46,454 nucleotides of DNA, from NCBI GenBank assembly GCA_009602725.1, contig WELB01000023.1:1-46454 (forward strand), given 5' to 3'. Position numbers and translations under genes: made by a program. The notes beneath the pieces were generated by a model. It ran no database searches. It was not told the DNA's origin and saw nothing but the letters and a program-made list of their open reading frames with translations. Source of the stretch: Spirogloea muscicola. Lineage: Eukaryota. Each line of letters opens with the position of its first letter. Position 1 is the stretch's first letter. Shown in pieces: positions 38,691 through 46,454 of the stretch.

Positions 38691-40715
38691 ATGGCCGTGC
38701 AAGGCGGGAGGGACCGCACCGAGGCCTTCAGGGAGACGGTGCGGCTGGCGGCGTCGCTCGAGGGCCGCTCTGAGGTAAGCTCCGAGCCGGGAGAGGGCTC
38801 TTGAGGGCCCTCTCGGACGCCGCTGACCATGCTCAAGGCCGGTAGAAGCGAGCCAGCGACGTCTTCTGAGCGTGCTTTTGCCGTATGGCTGGCACGTTAC
38901 ACCAGGCGCAGATGGCGAAGATAGCGTCCAAGTTCCTGTTGAGGCAGCCGGTTCTCCACACCCCCTTCCACCGTACGGCGCTCGACATTGTAGGCATTTG
39001 CACCAGTCGGCCACTCTTTCGTGCAAATTAAGCCACTTGCAAGCTACTGGGCCGACGAAGCAGGCTTTCACTGAAGTACAGCACTTGACGCTGCGGCGCT
39101 GGCACTGTTCTGCTGTCATGGCAGCTCGGCAACGTGCGGATGATGCAGGCCTTCATTGCCAGGCACCACAAGGACTATCTTGACCAGCAGCGGAGCACTG
39201 AGCGAGAGAAGGATGACATAGAGTACGAGGTGCGGGCTGCCCACCCAGCTGCATGACGCTCGTGTCCTGTTAGCAGTGTTGTTCATCGTGTCTGTCGTGC
39301 ACATGGTTACAGCAGGAGGTTCATCCATGAAGCTTGTTGAGAGTAAAGGACGTTGTCTATGCAACACTCTAAGACATCTATCTGTACTCTTCAGTCGTCG
39401 CTGAGCATCTTAAAAACCTGACAAATGTGCTTTCATTATGTTTGCTTCTTAAGGTTGGGCTCTTTATGAAGGCCTGTCGAGAGCGGATCGACGTCCTGAG
39501 AGCAACTATAGTTGCTGAGCCTGGAAAGCCCTCATCGCTCAGCTGGCTTGGGCTACCCCAGCAGAGCGGTTCGGAGCCTCATGTAGCAGCTCATCAGCAA
39601 GGCGTGGTATGCACATTATCCTTCTCAGCAGACGAATTGCTGCATTCAAGCTTTGCCTGTCAGTGTCTACCTCCCTTCAAGCTCTAGCCTATCGTAAGCA
39701 AGCTGTCAATGTCGCTTCTGTGGGGCCTAGGTGCTGTACCTGAGCGAGCGCCTTGCAGCAGTCGCAGGCGTCTTCGATAAGATGAGGGTAGTTCGATACC
39801 AGGAGGCATTGGAGCACCGCGAGCCCCTCAACAGGCTCAGGGCGAAAAGGGATGCAGGGATGCTGGGAAGCCCTGATGGCGGCAGGTCCAAAGTACTAGA
39901 CATTACAACAACTGAAGCAAGGGGAGATGGGCAAGCCCAAATTCTTCTCCAAGAAGATACAAGGGCGCTGCAGGTAGATAACAGGGTTATATGCTTCTGT
40001 GTGATCTGTATTTGCTGGATACCCTTGCAGGGCACCCCTCTGTGTGAGTTGCTGCGAGATCTGGTTGTAGTGGTGGCAAATGGTGCTCTAGACACTGAGG
40101 AGCTGGCATCGTGGCCCCTGTATCATGGTGAACATATTTCTGATCTGGTAAAGATGGACATACTGCCACTGTGGCTTATGGACAGGTTGAGCTGAGCAGC
40201 TTGTTGGACAGTGCCCGTGAAGCCGAGAGCAAGATGCTGGAGATGTCCGCGCTCAGCCACCTCTTCTCTACACACATTGTTCAGCAGGCTCATCAGATTG
40301 AGCAGCTGTATCAGCAGGTGTGAATTGCTGCACGTGCCAAGTGTGCCAGTAATAGAAAAAGGTGGCTTGCATCTTCGTTGGAGCAGAGAGCCTATTTCCG
40401 CTATACTGGATTGAGCTGTCTCTGGAATGCCTGGTGACATTTACGTGTCAGCATGTACTGAAGGTGGCAAGCATGCCGCAGCTACTGGAGTTTGCTAGTT
40501 CCGCACAATTGCAGCTGTGTGCAGTCCTGTGCACTTTTCTTATATATAAAAAATGTGCTCATTGCTGACAGGCTGTGGAGGCAACGCAAAATGTAGAGAA
40601 GGGCAACAAGGAGCTCGTCAAGACAGTGCGGAGTAATAAGGATAACCGTACTTTCCTCCTCCTCTTTCTGATTGTCGCATCCTTGGCTCTTCTGTTTCTA
40701 GATTGGTATCAATGA
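38691..40715 (+). CDS. SYP81: Syntaxin-81/Ufe1/STX18-type ER Qa-SNARE, 7 exons
   Basis: RDRTEAFRETVR; HHKDYLDQQRSTEREKDDIEYE VGLFMKACRERIDVL; AHQQGVVLYLSERL; TRALQVELSSLLDSAREAESKMLEMSALSHLFSTHIVQQAHQIEQLY; AVEATQNVEKGNKEL...RTFLLLFLIVASLALLFLDWYQ*. Confidence 0.93.
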
Positions 40716-40996
40716 CTGCCGAGCGTGCACAGCCGAATCACAATTAGTATGGACTTGCTTCAAAGTAGCGGGCTTTCTCATGAAGGCGTCAGCTGCTATT
40801 CACACATCGTAGCAGTGGCCACATGTGCCACGCGTATTGTTGTCCAGCGTTCACAAAATGCTCTGAGCATGTCCGAGTGCCAAACAGACGTTGCCAGGTG
40901 TGCAAAGCCAGTAGGCATGATGTGCATGTATTCCAGCAATGTGCACTCAGCATCTTGTCATAGTTGTCCTGGCCATACAGATGCCTTCAAGCACAT

Positions 40997-42403
40997 TCAC
41001 AAGGTGCCATCCTCGACTCGCTTGTACCGACCTCCGCGCACATACTCGAGTTCTCCAGAGGCTGCGTACTTGACCCACGTCTGCAAGATTTCGTCGCTGC
41101 TGGCGAGCCACGTGGCCACAAACTTGAAGTCCTTACCAATCGGCAATGTCAGAGGGGCAGCCATGGAGACATTGTTCGGTAGATGGTGAAGAACGACCGA
41201 ATTTGAGTCTCGGCCTCCATGGAAGCCCTTCCACTCGCCCATTGCTTCTGAGTGGTCGAGGTTTGGGGTAATTGTCCTTTCGAGGCCCACAAACCGGCCC
41301 CTCGGCTCCGGTCTCGCCGGTGCTAGGTCCGCTTTCTCATGTGTCCACCGATCGCCAGTCCAGGAGGCCGGCTGTTGCTGGTCGTCAGGCAGGGCGTCCT
41401 CCAGCGTCAGGCCGACCAGAAGCGCCTCCTTCTCGTTGTAGCCGACCGGGACGCTGAACCGTGCGTCTGGGCCTGCGGAGTAGCAAGCAGGGCACAACGT
41501 TTATTCGGCAGACGTGACAAGTGACCGAGTCGCTGTTGTGGCAGGGCTTTTGGCAGCACCGTGGACCTGCCATGAAGAAGAACTCGACGAAGACGGCCGA
41601 CTTGGGATCGCCGGGCTTGACCCGCAGCTGCGCCCAGCAGTTGTCACCGTCGGGCCCGAGGGCGAGAACACGGTGGTCTGGCGATTGCGGGTGCACGAGG
41701 CCGTCGGGCAGGCTGTGCTCGGCAGCGCTGTAGTGCCATGGCCCGAAGTCCCACTTCCAGTCCGCGTCGCCTTCGGCTCCATACCACTGGTTCTGCAACA
41801 AGCGAGCACCGAACGCCAGCCACAGCAAAGATTTGTTGGTCTGGGTCTGCAGCTGCTCGCTGACTTGCAGAGCAGCGGCCGTGCAGTCTGGCTGTGCTCC
41901 GTGGCTCGCAGTGATGGCCGGCTGGCGCCGACCTTCTGGCGGGCCGCCGTGGCGCCGGCGTCGGTGGCCTGCAGCGAGCGCACAGAGCGGTAGGACTTGG
42001 AGATGCTGGCGCCGGCGGCGGGCTCCCACAGCACCCAGAGGCCGTGCCAGTGCCGCAGGTGCGGCCGGTGCCACGCCCAGTGCTCCTCGGTGCTCAGGCG
42101 CCGGCTGCTGCCGCCGCCTTCAATGCCGCCGCGGCCGTCAGCATGCATCTCGGAGCGGCAGCGCGAGGCCCCCTTGCTGGGCTGCGCAGCGCTGCGGCTG
42201 CCGGCGCAGTGCTGTGCCGGTCCATCGGCGCTCCTGCGCAAGGCTCGCTCGTCGGAGGTACTGATTCCCCGCAGTCCAAGACAGCGTCGAGAAAGGCGGG
42301 TAGTCCGGGTGTCTGCCACTGTCCCGGAGGCGGCAGGCCGCAGGCTGGGGGCCCGACGGCCGCAGGCAGGGGCGCTGCCGGCGAGGGCGGCGGCGGCCGT
42401 CAT
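40997..42403 (-). CDS. DUF3598-like beta-barrel protein with transit-peptide-like N-terminus, 3 exons
   Basis: HWAWHRPHLRHWHGLWVLW...KSYRSVRSL; WDFGPWHYS...PDGLVHP; FVEFFF..DARFSV.VGY; LPNNVSMAAPLTLPIGKDFKFVATWL...VKYAASGEL resemble cyanobacterial/algal DUF3598 proteins. Confidence 0.7.
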
Positions 42404-42491
42404 GGCGCGCCGATCATCGCAATGCCGCCCGCCCCAGCCAACCCACAGAGGGCGCTACGGCGAGAGCGGCGCCGGGGCCGGCGGGTGCGGC

Positions 42492-43029
42492 NNNNNNNNN
42501 NNNNNNNNNNNNNNNNNNNNNNNNNNNNNNNNNNNNNNNNNNNNNNNNNNNNNNNNNNNNNNNNNNNNNNNNNNNNNNNNNNNNNNNNNNNNNNNNNNNN
42601 NNNNNNNNNNNNNNNNNNNNNNNNNNNNNNNNNNNNNNNNNNNNNNNNNNNNNNNNNNNNNNNNNNNNNNNNNNNNNNNNNNNNNNNNNNNNNNNNNNNN
42701 NNNNNNNNNNNNNNNNNNNNNNNNNNNNNNNNNNNNNNNNNNNNNNNNNNNNNNNNNNNNNNNNNNNNNNNNNNNNNNNNNNNNNNNNNNNNNNNNNNNN
42801 NNNNNNNNNNNNNNNNNNNNNNNNNNNNNNNNNNNNNNNNNNNNNNNNNNNNNNNNNNNNNNNNNNNNNNNNNNNNNNNNNNNNNNNNNNNNNNNNNNNN
42901 NNNNNNNNNNNNNNNNNNNNNNNNNNNNNNNNNNNNNNNNNNNNNNNNNNNNNNNNNNNNNNNNNNNNNNNNNNNNNNNNNNNNNNNNNNNNNNNNNNNN
43001 NNNNNNNNNNNNNNNNNNNNNNNNNNNNN
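42492..43029. other. Assembly gap (N)
   Basis: Run of N. Confidence 0.95.
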
Positions 43030-43044
43030 CCGTCGGCTCCGGGA

Positions 43045-44620
43045 ATGGCGGCGGCAGCGGCGGCGGCGGCTGGCCCGGAGGAGCGCTTCCGCGGGCGCGT
43101 CCTGGCGCCCGGGTCCGACGGCCCGGCCTGGTGGGACGCCCGCGCCGCCTCCTACCCCTGCGTCGTCGGCACCGGGCCCGGCGCATGGCGCATGTACTAC
43201 TACGGCCGCGACAGGTCCGCCATCGCGGCGCGCCGCGCTCGCCGGCTCCGCAATCGGCGCCGCGGGAAGCGGCGGGATCGCCGCCGCCGGCCTGGAGCCC
43301 ACGCTGGCGGCCGGGTTTCTGGAGGCCAGGGACGAGTGGGCGCGGGGCGTGGCGCTGCCCTTCGCCAAGACGCCGACGGGCCGCGTCGGGATGGCCGTCA
43401 GCGCCGACGGCGTCGCCTGGACGCGCTTCCGCGGCCCGCTGCCCGGCGGCGCCGTCTTTGACCCCAACGACCACGACGAAGGTCATGCAACTTTGACACA
43501 AGGAGCTCGCCGTAAGGAATTCGCTTGGCGCAGGGCTGATGGCATTGCCGTGTACGAGCCTCGCAGGCGCCTTCGACGCCGTCCAGGTTGGTGTCAGCGA
43601 CGTCCACGCGCCAGCACCCGGCAGCGACGCGAGCTGGCAGATATACTACTTCGGCGGCGGCCTCGAGGCCCTCGAGGTCCCCGGAGGCCCGCCGCTCGTG
43701 GGCGTGCGGCAGCGCCCTGGAGTGGTGGCCTCGCCGGACGGCGTGCATTTCACGAGGGCACCAGACGCTGGCCCGCTGCTCGACATCGGCGCTGCCGGCG
43801 ACTTTGACGAGAACAGCGTCGCATGGCCGCGCGTCCTCGCCCCACTGGCGGGCTCCTCGGGTAAGTCTGGCATGATCATACACTGCATCCTCGTCAACAG
43901 CCATGTTCTTGGTGAGGACATGGTGTAGCAGCTGATCTAGCCCCAGCATGGCCATGGCAGACGGGTGGCTCATGACATACCACACGCTGAGCTTTGCCAC
44001 CGGGTTCTCGGTGGGTGCTGCGACATCCGCCACGGGCGCGGCTGGCGACTGGGCTAAGCGGGGCCGGGTGCTCGGCCGCGGTCCGCCGGGTTCATGGGAC
44101 GAGGGTGGCGCCAGCACCCGCTGCCTGCTGCGCTGCGGCAGTGGTCAGCTGGCGATGCTTTACGAAGGAGTGCGGCAGCAGAGTGAGAAGTCTCTCTGCC
44201 CTTCCCCTCTCTTACCAGCCTCATCTGCCCTTACGTGCCTGCCTTGTGCAGGTCCAGCGCGGCCCTGCCAATGGCTGCCATTGTTGTACCCTTCGAGGCT
44301 CTGACACAGACCTGCACTGACCACCCAATGCAGGCCGTTATGCCATTGGGCTGGCATTCTCCGATGACGGCGGCCTGACTTGGGAGAAGGATGGCGGAAG
44401 TGGTGGCCCTGTCTTTGCACCCAGCTCTGCGCCGAGCGCCTGGGACAATCTCTCAGTTGGCACGCCCAATCTTGTGGCAATGGATGATGGCAGCCTACGA
44501 CTGTACTACACAGGTCAGGGCAAGCTCGGCCCCAGTGGTGAGGAGGTCCGCGGCTTTGGCCTTGCCGTAAACGCCAGCGGTGATCTCCGGTCCTGGGAGC
44601 GGTGGCCCAGCGGTCAGTGA
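43045..44620 (+). CDS. Five-bladed beta-propeller glycoside-hydrolase-like protein (arabinanase/levansucrase/invertase superfamily), paralog 1; true start may lie in the gap
   Basis: GRVLAPG..AWWD...PCVV...WRMYYYGR; GRVGMAVSADGVAWTR; AFDAVQVGVSDV..WQIYYFGG; RPGVVASPDGVHFTR...GDFDENSVAWPRV; GPPGSWDEGG; YAIGLAFSDDGGLTWEK; WDNLSVGTPNLV...LRLYYTG...WERWPSGQ*. Confidence 0.82.
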
Positions 44621-44654
44621 CGATGACCAAGAGTGCCTTGCACTGGCGATGCAG

Positions 44655-46388
44655 TTACTCCCCCAGTCGCCGCCAAGTCCGTAAGTCTGTGCCGTCGCAG
44701 ATGGCCACGCCCATGCCGCGTGTGCGTGTGCCATCAGCCAGCTCGCCGACACCCAAATAGTACATCCAGAGCTCGCCATCGTCTCGCCGCACGATGTGCG
44801 GCGCGCTCACAAGCTTGTTGTCCCAGAAGTCCTCATCACGTCGGGCGTGCAGCACCGGCTTGCCGCCGCCGTCGCGGCGCCAGGTGACGCCACCATCAGA
44901 GGAGTGTGCGAGGCCGATCGCATACTCGCCACTGTAATTGGAGCCCTCGTAGAACATGACAAGTGTCGATGGGTCGCTAGGATTGAGGGCCAGCACGTGG
45001 CGCTTGTTTGGTCCAGCCTCATCCCATGCACCAAGCCGACCGCGTGCCATGATTGGCCCCCGCTTCATCCTGAGCATTGCCAGGACAGTTGGCGGCTGAT
45101 TGCAAGCCTCACAAGACACGGCTTCGCCAAGTGGCAGTGGTCACCAAATGCTGCGCAAGCAAAGCTGCTGCGCCAGAAGAGCACTCACCAGTTTGAGACG
45201 CCATCAGGCGACTCTGCCGCGCCAAGTGTGTAGCAAAAGGCTGGCGTCTTTCTGTCCTCTGATCCTTTGCTGCTGCCTGTGCTGCCGCCGCCGTCGTCAT
45301 CAGCGCGGTTCCAGGACGCCATTGGGTTGCCAATGGTCTGGTACGTCATCAACCAGTCCCCCGACGTGGTGCGGTGTAGAACCCGAGGCCATGCGGCTGA
45401 CGCAGCATCCCACTCCCCTGGTGCGCCAGCATCAAATAGGGGACCCTCGGGCCGACGCCAGGCAAGGCCATCGTCAGACGTGGCCAGGCCCGGGCGCATT
45501 GTCGTTCCGCGGTAGCGGGAGCCCTCAGGCCACCCCGGGAGTGGCGCCTCGTCCATGCCGCCTGCGAAGCAGCCCCGGCTCCCACGCAGATGACGCAGGT
45601 GAGCCAGCGCCAGCGCTCAGAGCATGCACTCGCAGGCCCCGTCGTCACAACGTAGCGGTCGTTGAGGGAGCGCCACACACCAGCATAGTAGTACATGCGC
45701 CAGGTGCCGTCGGGCAGCAGGTGCACGTCGGACACGCCGAGCTGGACGCAGTCGAAGGCAGCCGGGTCATCGGCGGGGTCGAACAGCGCCCCACCAGGCA
45801 GTGGCCCCTTGTGCCTGCCGCAGCCATGCAGGCCGTGCTGCTGGGTCACGGCGGTCGAAGCGTCGCAGCAGAACCTTCGTTAATCACCATGATCGAAGGC
45901 CAAAGTGGTCAAGTACAACGGCAAGCACATCTGATGACGTTCGTTACCCAGCAAAGTCGCAGCAAAGGTGGGGCCGGTGCCGGCAGGGCCGCCAGCACTC
46001 ACCTCGTCCACTGGACGCCGTCGGGGCTGAGCGCCAGGCCGGTGCGGCCGAACGGCGTGCCGGCAATGGCGGGCACCCCGAGGTTCCAGGACTCCGAGCC
46101 GCGGCCGTAGTAGTACATGCGCCAGGCGTCGGCGCCGGTGCGCACGACGATGGGGCCGGAGAAGAGGAGGCTGTCCCACCAGCCCGCCGTGGACGGCCCC
46201 AGAACCTGGCCGCCGCAGCTCGTGAGTGAGGTCGTTGGGCTGCGTGCGGGAAAATGGAGGACGAGGGCTCGAGACCGCTCGTCCGCATCAGTGCATTCGG
46301 GCCGGCCCAGGCCGGTGACCCGTACTCTGCCGGTGAAGCGCCGGTCAGTGCCGCCACCAGCACCGCCGCCGCCGGCGTCATTCGCCAT
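44655..46388 (-). CDS. Five-bladed beta-propeller glycoside-hydrolase-like protein, paralog 2; may extend upstream
   Basis: GWWDS...WRMYYYGR...GRTGLALSPDGVQWTR; AFDCVQLGVSDV..WRMYYYAG; RPGLATSDDGLAWRR...GEWDAASAAWPRV; GAWDEAG; YAIGLAHSSDGGVTWRR; WDNKLVSAPHIV...LWMYYLG...TWRRLGE*. Confidence 0.85.
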
Positions 46389-46454
46389 CGTCGCGGCGCT
46401 CGGCGGCGCGGCGCCGGCGCGGCGCCACCGGGGCGGCTGGGCGGCCGAGGGCAG

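Overview
Eukaryotic, intron-rich, gene-dense genomic DNA with GT-AG introns, very GC-rich first exons, two N gaps and several single-N joins. The gene set is land-plant-like, so a streptophyte green alga is my inference. I can reconstruct 13 spliced protein-coding genes: a kinesin-light-chain-type TPR protein, NEET/CDGSH, a BAT1/GABP-like amino-acid permease, TAF13, an FFAT-motif tail-anchored coiled-coil protein, a GNAT-like protein, a Nudix hydrolase, a tandem double-HIT protein, DDX11/ChlR1 helicase, SYP81, a DUF3598-like protein and a convergent pair of five-bladed beta-propeller glycoside-hydrolase-like paralogs. The accessory DNA (about 0.2-5.1 kb, 11.7-13.7 kb, 15.3-16.4 kb, 21.8 kb and 32.2-33.1 kb) is dominated by one diverse family of non-LTR retroelement 3' ends with a C-terminal restriction-like endonuclease (CRE-like). 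Its structured, pyrimidine-tailed 3' module occurs about 30 times as tiny, nested or tandem insertions, several with clean 7-11 bp target-site duplications. Two units ending in this module form a 113-bp-arm hairpin in front of the double-HIT gene. Family assignments come from recognising motifs by eye; no database searches were run.
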